Shown here: positions 8,556 to 20,099 of the stretch, one piece after another
Layout: each line of letters starts with the position of its first letter
Position numbering within the stretch: position 1 is the first letter of the stretch
Source: Candidatus Latescibacterota bacterium
Lineage (GTDB): Bacteria; Latescibacterota; UBA2968; UBA8231
Length of the DNA stretch: 64,000 nucleotides
NCBI GenBank assembly: GCA_965197905.1
Contig: CBDAOB010000005.1
Span: 640,001-704,000, forward strand
Reading direction: 5' to 3'
Made by a program: the position numbers and the translations under genes
The notes under the pieces: generated by a model
Database searches by the model: none
Seen by the model: only the letters and a program-made list of their open reading frames with translations
Told to the model about the DNA's origin: nothing

Positions 8556-10337
8556 CTACCTCAGATTGAGATATTTGTACGGAACATCCACCATCATGTT
8601 GCGTTTCATGTTGCTGAGCCGTGGTTGATAGAGACCGAAATAAACGCGGTTGTTGCGTAAAATAAGCGGTACCTCCTCCGTGATGATCTCGGACATGCGC
8701 TTGAAAAGCTCGAAGCGTTCGGGACCATTCGGCATGAACTTCGATTTCTCATATAGCTGGTCATACTCGGGGTTGCCATACATGCTCATGTTTGGGCCCG
8801 GCTTGCGGTTGGGGCCGTACAAGAGTTGATAGAAGTTCTCTCCGTCGGGATAGTCGGCGCCCCACGCGGCTTCGGCAATCTGGAAGTTGCCCGACTCGAT
8901 CCTGGTCAGGAAGGCGGAGAAGGTTTGGAAGTTGGCTTTTACCTTGATGTCAACCATCGCCAGCTCATTGCGCATGAACTCGAACGACTGCCGCATGTCT
9001 TTGGTAGTGCTGCGAAAATCGATGGTGATTTCAGGCAACCCCTTTCCGTCCGGAAACCCAGCTTCGGCGAGTTTCTTCCGCGCCATCTCGACGTCCTTCT
9101 GGTAGTACTTGAAATCGATGTCGCTCTCGCTGCCGGAGATCGGATGGGGCACTATGGTGTTGAGGGGCATGCCGCGCCCGTTGTGCAACAGGTCTATCCA
9201 ATCCTTCGTGCTCATTGCGTAGGCGAACGCCTGCCGCAAAGCCTTGTTTTCACCGAAGAGCGGATCCTTCATGTTGAAGGCGACATAACCAGCGTAGAGC
9301 CCCGGTTCGGTGTACATCTCGTACTTGTTGGCATATTCCTCCTTGAGGTGGAACCGACCTTCCTCATCGCGGTAAGCCATTCGCACGAAATCGTCCTTGT
9401 TCATGCCGATCCAGTCAATCTCGCCCTTCTTGAACTTGAGCATCGCCGGCTGCGATTCTTCGATCAACGGCAGGCGCACCTCATCTATGAGCGGTAGTTT
9501 CTTGCCCGCATCAGCGAGCAATCCGCGCTCCCTGTCTCCGGCCTCCCCGGAGGTCGGGTAGGTCTGGTGGTAGTTCGGGTTTCTGGCGAGGATCATCTCG
9601 CCTCGCCTGGACTGCTGTTTCATGTAGAACGGGCCAGTGCCGACCGGGTGGCGTCCAATGTCCTCGCCGTACTCCTCAACCGCCTCCCGGGCGAGGATCG
9701 ACATGCCGGAGAACGCCAAAGGAAAGAGCGCAAGTGGATTGTCCGCGGTAAAGCGAACCGTCATGGTGTACTTGTCGACCTTCCGAACACCCGAGATCGC
9801 CGACGCGTCGTAGTCCGTCGGTTTGCCCAAACGTTTGGTTTCCGCGCGGAATTCGTCCATGCCGTCGATAAATCCCTGGATCAAGGAATAGCTCAGAATG
9901 TTCACGTTGGCGTCTGCAAATCGCTTGAGAGTGAAGATGACATCGTCGATGGTGACTTCCCGCCCTTTGCCACCTGCAAAACAGGGATCATCGACAAACC
10001 TCACGGCTTTTTTCAGGGTGAACTTGTAGGTCACACCGTCCACCTGTTTTTCCGGCATGGTGGCCAGCAAACCCGGGATCAAACGATACGGTCGATCCAG
10101 GTAGTGATATTCTATCAAGGTGTCGAACAGGTTGGAGATAACGTTCGCCGACGCCTGGTCGAACTGCTTCATCGGGTCGAGGGTTTTGTGCGCGCTGCTG
10201 CGATGGAGTCGGAGGACTTTCAAACCTGCTGAACTGGTGTCCGTGCTCTCCCGATCGTCGTCAGTGCCGCAGGCGATGGTGAGGGCGAAGGCCAACGCGA
10301 CGATTGAATTTTTTGCGACAACGTTCGATAACTTCAC
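8556..10337 (-). CDS. oppA: ABC transporter substrate-binding lipoprotein, family 5
   Basis: Lipobox TIAC, TLDP, PVGTGPF, LRQAFAYA, WGADYPD. GTG start at 10337 with GAAGGAG RBS. Confidence 0.9.
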   Translation of the reverse strand: MKLSNVVAKNSIVALAFALTIACGTDDDRESTDTSSAGLKVLRLHRSSAHKTLDPMKQFDQASANVISNLFDTLIEYHYLDRPYRLIPGLLATMPEKQVDGVTYKFTLKKAVRFVDDPCFAGGKGREVTIDDVIFTLKRFADANVNILSYSLIQGFIDGMDEFRAETKRLGKPTDYDASAISGVRKVDKYTMTVRFTADNPLALFPLAFSGMSILAREAVEEYGEDIGRHPVGTGPFYMKQQSRRGEMILARNPNYHQTYPTSGEAGDRERGLLADAGKKLPLIDEVRLPLIEESQPAMLKFKKGEIDWIGMNKDDFVRMAYRDEEGRFHLKEEYANKYEMYTEPGLYAGYVAFNMKDPLFGENKALRQAFAYAMSTKDWIDLLHNGRGMPLNTIVPHPISGSESDIDFKYYQKDVEMARKKLAEAGFPDGKGLPEITIDFRSTTKDMRQSFEFMRNELAMVDIKVKANFQTFSAFLTRIESGNFQIAEAAWGADYPDGENFYQLLYGPNRKPGPNMSMYGNPEYDQLYEKSKFMPNGPERFELFKRMSEIITEEVPLILRNNRVYFGLYQPRLSNMKRNMMVDVPYKYLNLR

Positions 10338-10391
10338 TTCATCAACTCCTTCTGCTATTTCGCTCGTGATGCGAAAACACAACGAGACACA

Positions 10392-11375
10392 TTACGAGCC
10401 AATCTCTTCGAAAAAGTGACAGGCCGCCTGGTGTTCGCGGTTGCCCGTCACTGGGCGCATGGTTGGGTTCTCCTGGCGGCAGCGTTCCTGGACATGCGGA
10501 CACCGGATGTGGAATGCGCAACCGGTCGGTGGATCGCTGGGACTGGGCACATCCCCTTCGAGCGGCTGGCCCTGCTCGCGCCGGCGCGGGTTGGGTAGGG
10601 GTACCGAAGACAACAGCGCCCGGGTATACGGATGGCGGGGCTCGCGGTAGATGTCATCCGAGGAGGCGATTTCCACCAGCCGGCCCAGGTACATCACGGC
10701 GACGCGATCGGAGATGTATTTTACTACCGTAAGGTCGTGGGAAATGAAGATGTAGGTCAGGTCCAACCGATTCTGCAGATCCACTAGTAGATTCAGCACC
10801 TGGGCCTGGATCGACACATCGAGGGCCGATACCGGTTCATCGGCGATGACCAGCCGAGGACCGAGAGCCAACGCGCGGGCGATGCCGATACGCTGTCGTT
10901 GTCCGCCACTGAACTCGTGGGGATAGCGGTAGAGATCCTCGGGCCGCAGGCCAACGGTTTGCATCAGCTCGAGCACGGTATCCAATCTGGCAGCCCCGTT
11001 CCCCACGCGGTGGATCCTGAGCGGTTCCTCCAATATCGAGCGCACTGTTTGCCGTGGGTTGAGCGAGGCGTAGGGATCCTGAAAGATCATCTGCATGTCA
11101 CGTCGCAATTCGCGATCACGATCCTTCGCCACCGCGGTAAAATCCACGCCGTCGAAACGGACCGATCCACTGGTCGGAGCATACAACCTGACGATGGCGC
11201 GGCCGAGGGTGGTTTTGCCGCAGCCCGACTCTCCTACGATGCCGAGGGTTTCTCCCTTTTCAAGACTGAAACTCACATCGCTGACGGCGTATACGGCCCC
11301 CACGGGACGTTTTAGAACGCCCCCGAGAATCGGAAAGTGTACACTCAGATCCTGAACTTCGAGCAGAGGGCTCAT
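10392..11375 (-). CDS. oppF: Peptide ABC transporter ATPase (OppF/DppF family)
   Basis: [25 protein letters not shown], oligo-HPY C-terminus. Start at ATG 11375. Confidence 0.93.
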   Translation of the reverse strand: MSPLLEVQDLSVHFPILGGVLKRPVGAVYAVSDVSFSLEKGETLGIVGESGCGKTTLGRAIVRLYAPTSGSVRFDGVDFTAVAKDRDRELRRDMQMIFQDPYASLNPRQTVRSILEEPLRIHRVGNGAARLDTVLELMQTVGLRPEDLYRYPHEFSGGQRQRIGIARALALGPRLVIADEPVSALDVSIQAQVLNLLVDLQNRLDLTYIFISHDLTVVKYISDRVAVMYLGRLVEIASSDDIYREPRHPYTRALLSSVPLPNPRRREQGQPLEGDVPSPSDPPTGCAFHIRCPHVQERCRQENPTMRPVTGNREHQAACHFFEEIGS

Positions 11376-12373
11376 CAGTGGCGTAGTTGGTACGCGGTCA
11401 GCTGGTCGTGTTTGAAACAGGACACCCGGTGCGACGGGGCGCACTCTTGCAAATCTGGAATGGACTGGGAACAGCTGTCCTCCGCGAAGGAACATCGGGG
11501 ATGGAAGCGACATCCCGGAGGCAGATACGCGAGGCCGGGCACCGTGCCTTCAATGATCTGCAGAGGTTCGGTTGAACGGTCCTCGAGGGATGGAATGGAG
11601 TCCATCAAACCGCGGGTGTAAGGATGACGGGGATTCTCGAAGATCTCGAAGACGGGTCCACTCTCGACGATCCGTCCAGCGTACATGATCGCGACCTCGT
11701 CCGCCACCTCGGCGACGACACCAAGATCGTGGGTGATGAAGATGATGGAAGTACCTCGTCTTTCTTGCAGTGCTGCCATCAGCCGCAGAATCTGCGCCTG
11801 GATGGTCACGTCGAGAGCCGTAGTGGGTTCGTCGGCGATCAACAGCTCCGGCTCGCAGGCCAATGCCATGGCGATCATGACCCGCTGACGCATGCCCCCT
11901 GACAGCTGGAACGGGTATTCTCCGGCGTGGCGGGCTGCATCGGGGATCGCCACCTGGTCCAACATGCGTATCGCCTCCGCAAGCGCGTCGTTGCGTGAAA
12001 GGCCGCGGTGGATCCGGAACGCTTCGGCGATCTGCTGACCCACGGTGTATACCGGGTTCAACGAGGTCATCGGCTCCTGGAAGATCATGGAAATGCGGTT
12101 GCCGCGGATGCGGCGCATCTCCTCGTTCCGCAAGGACAAGATGTCTTCCGAACCCAGAAGGATTCTGCCGCGATCGATGGAGCCGTTCGATTTCGGGACC
12201 AGACGCATGATGGAGAGGGCCGTAACCGATTTGCCGCAACCGGATTCGCCGACCAAAGCCAATGTTTTGGCTCGTTGGACCGTCAGGCCTACGTCGTCGA
12301 CCGCGCGGATCTTGCCGGCGTCGGTTACAAACGAGGTGGTCAGGTTCTCAACGCGTAGGAGGGTTTCGGGCAT
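11375..12373 (-). CDS. oppD: Peptide ABC transporter ATPase (OppD/DppD family)
   Basis: [36 protein letters not shown]. Confidence 0.93.
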   Translation of the reverse strand: MPETLLRVENLTTSFVTDAGKIRAVDDVGLTVQRAKTLALVGESGCGKSVTALSIMRLVPKSNGSIDRGRILLGSEDILSLRNEEMRRIRGNRISMIFQEPMTSLNPVYTVGQQIAEAFRIHRGLSRNDALAEAIRMLDQVAIPDAARHAGEYPFQLSGGMRQRVMIAMALACEPELLIADEPTTALDVTIQAQILRLMAALQERRGTSIIFITHDLGVVAEVADEVAIMYAGRIVESGPVFEIFENPRHPYTRGLMDSIPSLEDRSTEPLQIIEGTVPGLAYLPPGCRFHPRCSFAEDSCSQSIPDLQECAPSHRVSCFKHDQLTAYQLRH

Positions 12374-12522
12374 CCCGACAGTTTAAAAGAAAGGAGAGGT
12401 TCTGCTCGAACAGCAAATCCAGCCTCAGCTACTTATATTGAGCGAGTTCCCCAGATGACATTGCGTGAAGCTGCAAACTCCTGAATGTATAACGATTTAG
12501 ATCGCATTGCGAGCGAAGCCCT

Positions 12523-14962
12523 GTGAACGGGAACTCGGGCAAGCTGACTTGGCCATGGGATATCGCCGCCCTGTTGACCGGCACGGCGATCAGTCTGTTT
12601 GCATTCCAGTACCGGACCCTGACCAAACTCTCTGAGCTTCCTCCGAGCTTGAGCTTTGTGACCCTCGGCCGGTTTGTGGAGGAAATTCGGGCAAGGGTGA
12701 CACTGGACTGGGTAGATGGAGTGCTCGCTGCTGCCATCGTCACCCTGTGTCTGTCCGTCTTTGTGCTGGAACTCTGGCGTAAGAGGTTTTCCTGCTTTCT
12801 AGATCAGATCTTTTCCAGCTCAACCCACACTTTGTGGTTGCTGACCATCAGTTCCGTCGTGTTCCTGCGCTACTACCTGGCCCCAGGCGGACTGAGCTGG
12901 GCAGGGGACTCTTCCGCCCATCTCTCGTACGCCCACATAACCGTCCAGGCAATGGTCCGCGGCGAGCTACCGATCTGGACCAACTATCTGGGATTCGGGT
13001 CTCCGTACATCCAGCTCTACGGATTCCTCTTCTTTTATCTCGTTGGTGCCGTGGACATGGCGCTGAACGATCTCGAAACCCCGTTGAAAGCGGTATTGAT
13101 CTGCACCCACGTCGCGTCAGGAATCGGGATGTACGCCTGGGTGCTTGCCGCCACTCAATCTAGACGCGCTGGGTTCGTCGCCGGCATAGCGTTGGTCCTG
13201 GGATTTTGGCATACGCAGCAAGTTCTGTTCATGGGCCGCCTGCCACTGAGCTTGTTCTACGGGTTGGCTCCATGGCCCTTCTTCTTCCTCGAACGATCCC
13301 GTCGAGCCGAAGATATCTGGCCCTGGTTGATCGGAGGAGGATTCGCCCTCGGACTACTGGCATTCACCCATCCCGGCTACGGGTTCTGGATCACGGCCTT
13401 CTTTGGCCTGTACTGGGTTTTGCGAACCTGGAAAGACGGCCAGGTGCGAGGAATCTTGCGAGGCTGGTTGGGGGGAGTGGTAATCCTGGTTTTCGGGGTG
13501 CTCATGGGGGCTTTTCTCACGCTCGGCATTTGGACCGAGCGCGACGACACACACCTGGCCGAAGGGCTCCACATGTCGGGCGTGCCGGATCCCACGGTAG
13601 GTCAGGTATTGGGATGGTCGAATTTCCGCTTCTTTTCATGGCCTCCGGATCCTTTTCATTGGTACGGTGGTTATGTAGGTCTGTCGTTGGTTGCCGTCGC
13701 TGTGGCAGGCGTGCTGCTCTGGAGACCGCGTCGGGAGAGTCAGGGGCAGGGTCCGATGCTCGCGGGAGCTGTGGCCCTGTTCGTCTCCTTACTGCTGGTA
13801 TTCGGGTATCGCTGGTCCATCCTGCAAGCGATTCCCGTGGTGACCGCGCTCAACGCCGGACGCTATCTGCTTTTCGTCTCGCTCTTTCTCGCCTTCGTCA
13901 CCGGGTTAGGGGTCAGCGCCATCTTGAGGCAAAAAGGCCGCTCATTTCGGCGGTCGGGGGTTCGCCATTCTGGTTATCCTGGTGGTTTTCGATTTAGGCC
14001 CCACAACCTTTCAACATCCGTACCGCGGAGGAAGCTCTTCCCCCACAGGGTATTCCGTGGAATTGTACGAGCCGTTCCGTCAGGAGGCCGAAAGCTATCA
14101 CGCCAAAGACCAGATTCCCAACTACCGCATTGTCTGGCTGGCGCCCCGGGTTCATCCGTTTCTGGCAATGGGGCGGCTCGTGGTCAAAACTCAGACGCCG
14201 ACCCCCGCGGCGCCCAGCGGCCATGTGCTCAAAGCGGTGCCCACGTTCTACTGGCCCTTCGAAAGATTTGCTGCGGACTTGATGAAGGATATGGCGACCG
14301 ATCAATTTGCGGAGCTTTTCGCAACGCTCAGAACCGGATTCGCCTTGATGAATACTCGATTCGTAGTTGCGACTCAAACGGATGACTCCCTGACCAGCAT
14401 GGAATGGCGACCACGGACTGAAATTCTTGTCGCACCGAGGATATCGAGATATCCCAGCGAAACGATCGAGGGATCGAGCGATTGGGTGGAAACCGGACTG
14501 GAAACGGCTGACGCCTATCCGCTCGTGTGGTTGGCGCGGAACATGAAGGTGAATTTCGATGAATCCACCTGCGAGCGCATATACCTGATGGAAAGCGAGG
14601 GCGATGAAGACCTTGGAACCGCACCGGCCGTAGATGTGCTGAGCCACGTCGTCGCCAACCAGAAGGTCGAGATGCGAGTCAGGGTTTCTGATGCAAGTTT
14701 CGCTCGCCTTCCCTATGCGTATTACCCTCATCTTTCAGTTACCGTCAACGGCACTGAGGTCCCTTTCATGCAGACGGCAACCCGCTTCATCGCGCTGAGG
14801 CTGGAGGCAGGAATACAGGAGATCGTGGTTGAACCTCGGCTGTCGCCACTTCGCCGCGTGTTATTGTGGGTAGACCTGGTCCTGGTAGCGGGCGGTGCTC
14901 TTGTCATCTGGCGGAGCCTGCGCCGCAGACACCTAAAAAAGCTGCAGGCCGCATCATCTTGA
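12523..14962 (+). CDS. Polytopic GT-C/YfhO-like membrane protein (PTPS-related domain), split by a frameshift at the G5 run near 13958
   Basis: Multiple TM segments, GDSSAH, PIWTNYLGFGSP, C-terminal YAYYPHLSVTVNG plus TM. Two overlapping ORFs join at a homopolymer. Confidence 0.7.
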
Positions 14963-15011
14963 TCACTCTGCTCGCGTACACCCAAGCAATGGACGACAAG
15001 GGAGATACTAC

Positions 15012-17861
15012 ATGAGATCCGTGCTTCTGATCTGTTTAACGGCGGCGCTCTTCAACGCTTGCGCGGGAGGCAAGAAGGGTGAAGTATCGGTGCCGGCACA
15101 GCCGCAGATGGGCGCGCTCGACGAGGTCCTGTCCGTGGACCCGCTGGTGTTGAAGGGGACGCTGGCGAACGGGTTCCGTTATCTGATTCGCGCCAACGAG
15201 AAACCGGAGAATCGGGCCGAGCTGCGGCTGGTAGTTGATGTGGGATCGGTACTGGAGACCGAAGCGGAGCAGGGCCTCGCCCACTTCGTCGAGCACATGG
15301 CGTTCAACGGAACGCGCAACTTCGCCAAGCAGGAGTTAGTGGATTACATGGAGTCGATAGGCATGCAGTTCGGCGCCGACTTGAACGCCTACACCAGCTT
15401 CGACGAGACGGTGTATATGCTGACAGTACCCACCGATAGTATCGAGTTCATGGAACAGGGGTTCCAGATACTCGAGGACTGGGCCCACGGCGTCAGTTTC
15501 GAAGGAGCCGAGATTGACAAGGAACGGGGTGTGGTGATCGAGGAATGGCGGTCGCGCAAGGGGGCTGATCAGCGGCTGTGGGATAAGCTGTATCCCGTCT
15601 TACTCAGAGGTTCTCGCTATGCCGCACGGTTGCCGATAGGTCAAAAAGCGGTGCTGGACACCTTTGCCCACGACAAGCTGCGGCAGTTTTACAGAAATTG
15701 GTACAGGCCCGAGCTCATGGGTCTGGTTGCGGTAGGAGATTTCGAGGTCGGTTGGATCGAAGATCTGGTGCAATCCCATTTCTCGCGGTTGGCTTCACCT
15801 GCTTCTCCGCCGGAGCGAGTGGTTTTCCCGGTGCCCGATCATGGAGAAACCCTGTTCTCCATCGCCACCGATCCGGAAGCGACGAGGAATGCGGTCACCA
15901 TCTACTACAAACGGGAACCTCGCGATCAAACTACCCTGCTCGCATTCCGTACGATGCTCATCGAACGTCTATACCACCGGATGCTCAACCAGCGTCTGTA
16001 CGAGCTGACCCAGCTTGCGCGGCCACCATTTCTCTATGGCTACTCCAGTCAGGGGCGATGGTTGCGCTCCAAGGAGTTCTTCATCCTCAGCGCCGGCGTG
16101 CCCGACAATGGGTTCGACCCCGGGCTCGAAGCGCTGCTGACCGAAGAGGCGCGGGTTCGTCGATTCGGTTTCACGAAGTCGGAGTTGAAGCGGAACGCGC
16201 AAGAGATGCTGCGCGCCATGGAGCAGGCCTATCGCGAACGCGACAAGAGTCCGTCCAGCTCGTTTGCCGGCGAGTATGCGAATCACCTGCTGGAAGACGA
16301 GCCGATACCGGGCATCGAGAAGGAGTTCGAGCTGTTTGGACGGTTGGTTCCCGGTATTGAGCTGGAGGAGGTGAACGCGCTGGCCACCTCCTGGGTAGGG
16401 GAGGGCAATCGCGTATTATCCATCAGTGCTCCGGACAAGGAGGGGCTACGGATTCCCACCGAAGAAAGCCTGCTCGCGGTGTTCGCAGAGGTGGGTGCGA
16501 AGGAGATCGAACCGTATGTGGAGGATGTTTCGGATCAACCATTGGTGCCCGATATCCCCCCCATGATGGAGATCGTGGAACGGCACGAGATACCGGAGAT
16601 AGGGGTGACCACCTGGACGTTGGAGAACGGCATCCGCGTGGTGCTCAAACCTACCGATTTTCAAAACGATCAGATCCTGTTCGAATCGTTCAGTCTTGGT
16701 GGTCACTCGCTGGTGGGGGATGACGACTACATCGCAGCCTCGACGGCGACTTCGGTGGTAACTCAGGGGGGCGTCGGTGACTTCAACCTCGTGGATCTGC
16801 AGAAGAAGTTGGCGGGCAAGGTGGTGACCGTTTCGCCCTGGATCGGCTCGCTGAGGGAGGGGATTTCGGGTTCCGCCTCACCTGAAGACATCGAGACCAT
16901 GTTCCAGCTGATTTACGCCTACGCCACCGCCCCCCGGCAGGACAGCACTGCATTCCAGGCGTACGAAACGCGGATGCGCGGGTTTATCGAGAATCGCAAC
17001 GCCCGACCGGAAACAGCGTTCAGCGACACCGTGCAGGTTACCTTGGCGCAGCGCCACCATAGGGCCCGTCCGTGGTCCCTTGACCTTATCGATGAAATGG
17101 ATCTTCACACTTCGATGGCGGTCTACCAGGACAGGTTCTCCGACATGGGCGATTTTACCTTCTACTTCATCGGCAACTTTACCCTCGCGCAGATGGAGCC
17201 GCTGGTGCGCACCTATCTGGGCGCCCTTCCAGCCACCGACCGGCGTGAAAGCTGGAAAGACGTAGGGGAACGTGCACCACGTGGCGTCATAGAGAAGACC
17301 GTGCGGCGCGGCATCGAGCCGAAGAGTCGCACTCTGCTGTCGTTTACGGGGCCGTATCAGTTCGACGGCTGGCGCAACGACTTCGAGTTGCAGGCGATGG
17401 CAGATGTGCTGCAGATCAAGCTTCGGGAGGTGCTGAGGGAAGATCTGGCGGGAACCTACGGCGTATGGGTCAACGGCGGCGGTTCCCATTTTCCGAAGTC
17501 TAGGTATATGGTCAGTCTGGGTTTTGGCTGCGATCCGGATCGGGTCGAGGAACTCACCGCAGTAGTATTTTCACAGATTGACAGCCTGAAGAACTCGGGT
17601 CCGGGCCCCGAATACGTGCACAAGGTGCAGGAAGCAGCAAGGCGGAATCACGAGGTCAATCTCAAAGAGAACAGCTACTGGCGCGGGGCCTTGAGCTCAG
17701 CTGACTTCCACAAGCTGGACCCAAGACGGGTCCTGCGCTACACGACGATGGTGGACAGCCTGACGCCCGGTGCCGTGCAGCAGGCTGCTAGAAGATACCT
17801 CGATACGGAAAACTACGTTCGCGTGGTGCTCTTGCCAGAAGAGAATACGGAGTCCGAGTAG
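15012..17861 (+). CDS. pqqL: M16B zinc metallopeptidase (PqqL-like), lipoprotein
   Basis: GLAHFVEHMAFNGT (HxxEH), NAYTSFDETVY, second half LENGIRVVLKPT, N-terminal lipobox. Confidence 0.92.
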   Translation: MRSVLLICLTAALFNACAGGKKGEVSVPAQPQMGALDEVLSVDPLVLKGTLANGFRYLIRANEKPENRAELRLVVDVGSVLETEAEQGLAHFVEHMAFNGTRNFAKQELVDYMESIGMQFGADLNAYTSFDETVYMLTVPTDSIEFMEQGFQILEDWAHGVSFEGAEIDKERGVVIEEWRSRKGADQRLWDKLYPVLLRGSRYAARLPIGQKAVLDTFAHDKLRQFYRNWYRPELMGLVAVGDFEVGWIEDLVQSHFSRLASPASPPERVVFPVPDHGETLFSIATDPEATRNAVTIYYKREPRDQTTLLAFRTMLIERLYHRMLNQRLYELTQLARPPFLYGYSSQGRWLRSKEFFILSAGVPDNGFDPGLEALLTEEARVRRFGFTKSELKRNAQEMLRAMEQAYRERDKSPSSSFAGEYANHLLEDEPIPGIEKEFELFGRLVPGIELEEVNALATSWVGEGNRVLSISAPDKEGLRIPTEESLLAVFAEVGAKEIEPYVEDVSDQPLVPDIPPMMEIVERHEIPEIGVTTWTLENGIRVVLKPTDFQNDQILFESFSLGGHSLVGDDDYIAASTATSVVTQGGVGDFNLVDLQKKLAGKVVTVSPWIGSLREGISGSASPEDIETMFQLIYAYATAPRQDSTAFQAYETRMRGFIENRNARPETAFSDTVQVTLAQRHHRARPWSLDLIDEMDLHTSMAVYQDRFSDMGDFTFYFIGNFTLAQMEPLVRTYLGALPATDRRESWKDVGERAPRGVIEKTVRRGIEPKSRTLLSFTGPYQFDGWRNDFELQAMADVLQIKLREVLREDLAGTYGVWVNGGGSHFPKSRYMVSLGFGCDPDRVEELTAVVFSQIDSLKNSGPGPEYVHKVQEAARRNHEVNLKENSYWRGALSSADFHKLDPRRVLRYTTMVDSLTPGAVQQAARRYLDTENYVRVVLLPEENTESE

Positions 17862-17865
17862 ACGA

Positions 17866-20025
17866 TTAACTTGCGGTGATGGTCGTCTTGCCGTTGATGG
17901 GGCTCGCGTCGAATGCCAGCACATCCATCGGGCAAACGTCGATACAGATGCCGCAGTGTATGCAGCCTGAATTGCGGTTGTCGAAAGCCTGCTGATTCTT
18001 GGCGAACGCCATCACATCTACCCCTACCTGACAGAACTTCGAACATTCTGCGCACGTAATGCATTTCTCGTTCGAGACGATCCTCAGTTTCCCATACCAC
18101 TTGGACAGAAGTTGATTGTAGGCCGCCAGGGGACACCAGAACCGACACCAGATCTTGCCTCCGAAGATCGGATAGAGGGCGATGGGAATGACAGCGACCA
18201 ACCAGAAATCAACGATATAATTGTACGCCATCCACCAGAGATTGTTGCCATCGGTGTTATAGAGTCCCACTACCACGAGACAGACAATGACGCTGGCCAG
18301 GAGAACGGCTGTCGCCTGAAATTCCCAGGCGCGGGAGCGTTGGCCCTTCGGGGCCAAATGCCTCCAGCGGTCGCCCAGGGTTTCGGCCAGACCCCCACAT
18401 CCACAGATCCAGGTGCAGAATCGCTTGCCATGGTTTCTGGCAAGGATCGGAATGGCAACCAGGGTCCCTACCAAGCCGCTGCCAACGAAGAACCAGATGA
18501 TCCATTGGGGATCGTTGGGATACCACCAGAAGAAGCTGTTGAAAAATAGGGGGAACGGTTGGTAAAGGCCCCAGGCGCGCCAAGCGTATTTGACGCTGAC
18601 CGCCTGCACCGCGATCAGGTTGACGATGGCGAAAAAGACGACCTGAAAAGAGAGCAGCGAAACGTAGCGCCAGGTTTGATAGCGGCCGTTTCTGGCCTTG
18701 CCGCGCCAGCGCACCAACGCCTCATACCCGAACACCAACATGATCACTGTGTAGAGCAGGCTGTAGAGAAACCCCTGCTGGTAGCCACGATCGGTGCGCA
18801 GGTCGGCTAGCGCCTCAGGAGAAAATAGTAGAGCGAACGGCGCAAAGATCAGATCGAAGAGAGCGAGCAGGGTCTGATCGTAGGATGTGGCGGTGATGAG
18901 ACCCTGGTAGGGCCAGGCCGCGATCCCCTTGCCGTAGCTTTTCAACGCGTAAACGGAGTAGACGACAGCAAACATGCCGATCAGGAACACCCAACGGCGC
19001 AGGTTCCAGGCGTTGCTCAAGCGGATGCCGACTTTGTCAAAGAACCGCAGTGGCAGCTCGGCTCCAATCATCTCGAAAAGGGTGTCGCACCGAAGATCCT
19101 CACTCGGCCCCCCGGACACGGCGATCTCCACCGAATCCCGTCTTACCTGCTGCACCTGAGAGTCGAGCAGTACCTGCAGCTTGCCCTCCTGCTCCAACGC
19201 GCGCACGGCGTCCACATTCCGCTTCTTCGGATAGGTGAACTCCTGATCGATCGCGGAGAGGGTCACCGTGTTGGTTTCGTCCGATGCAAGGGCGATAGCG
19301 GCTTCGCAAGCCACGTCACCGGCGCCGACGATGGTGATATGCTCATGGTGAAAGTCGTCGACATCAAGCAGGCGGTGATGAATGCGATCGGCAAAATCCT
19401 TTTCGCCGGGAACACCCAGCTTTCGAGGATTACCCGATTTCCCCATTGCCAAAACGATCCGGCGCGCAGTGTAGCTGCCAAGGTCGGTGACTACCTCGAA
19501 CCCACCAACCTGACCTTTGATATCGGTAACCTTCTCTTGTTGGCGGATATCTAGCTTTTCCCGCTCGACGGTTTCGCGCCAGTTCGCCAGCAGGTCCTCC
19601 TTCGTGCATTCCTCGAACCAGACGCGTGAGCGGTTTTCCACGTCCATTGGTTCCGCGAACAACCACTTGCCCTTCATCATGGTGACGAAGGTATTGGCGA
19701 AGGCGGCTGCCTCGATGGTGACGTAGCGCAGACCGAGATCGGCGCACGCAAGGGTAGCTGCAAAACCTGAACTGCCGGACCCGATGATCACCACGTCGTA
19801 GAGTTCGCTGCCGTTAGAGTCGCGCTTGAGCTCGGGAGCAAGGCGATGAATAAGGTCGTGGCCGGCGTTCAGACCCAGTTTTACCAGCGGTGTTCCTGCC
19901 AGCTCGCCCACCACGTAGATCCCCGGAATATTCGACTGCCCATCCTTGTCCGCGTGTGGAAGCGTGGGATAGGAGGGTTCGGGAATCTTTCTCGCGAATA
20001 GGGAGCTCAAGAAATTGCGGGTCAT
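17866..20025 (-). CDS. FAD/NAD(P)-dependent oxidoreductase (TrxB-like) fused to a NapH/MauN-like membrane polyferredoxin domain
   Basis: VIIGSGSSG, IVGAGDVA, TM helices, FCTWICGCG, WCRFWCP, two CxxCxxCxxxC motifs at the C-terminus. Confidence 0.85.
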   Translation of the reverse strand: MTRNFLSSLFARKIPEPSYPTLPHADKDGQSNIPGIYVVGELAGTPLVKLGLNAGHDLIHRLAPELKRDSNGSELYDVVIIGSGSSGFAATLACADLGLRYVTIEAAAFANTFVTMMKGKWLFAEPMDVENRSRVWFEECTKEDLLANWRETVEREKLDIRQQEKVTDIKGQVGGFEVVTDLGSYTARRIVLAMGKSGNPRKLGVPGEKDFADRIHHRLLDVDDFHHEHITIVGAGDVACEAAIALASDETNTVTLSAIDQEFTYPKKRNVDAVRALEQEGKLQVLLDSQVQQVRRDSVEIAVSGGPSEDLRCDTLFEMIGAELPLRFFDKVGIRLSNAWNLRRWVFLIGMFAVVYSVYALKSYGKGIAAWPYQGLITATSYDQTLLALFDLIFAPFALLFSPEALADLRTDRGYQQGFLYSLLYTVIMLVFGYEALVRWRGKARNGRYQTWRYVSLLSFQVVFFAIVNLIAVQAVSVKYAWRAWGLYQPFPLFFNSFFWWYPNDPQWIIWFFVGSGLVGTLVAIPILARNHGKRFCTWICGCGGLAETLGDRWRHLAPKGQRSRAWEFQATAVLLASVIVCLVVVGLYNTDGNNLWWMAYNYIVDFWLVAVIPIALYPIFGGKIWCRFWCPLAAYNQLLSKWYGKLRIVSNEKCITCAECSKFCQVGVDVMAFAKNQQAFDNRNSGCIHCGICIDVCPMDVLAFDASPINGKTTITAS

Positions 20026-20099
20026 CTTAGGTGAGTGAGACAGTGGTCGCCCAGGTCAACCCTTAGATGCTTCGGTTATTGCGTCAGATTCATCGGCGG

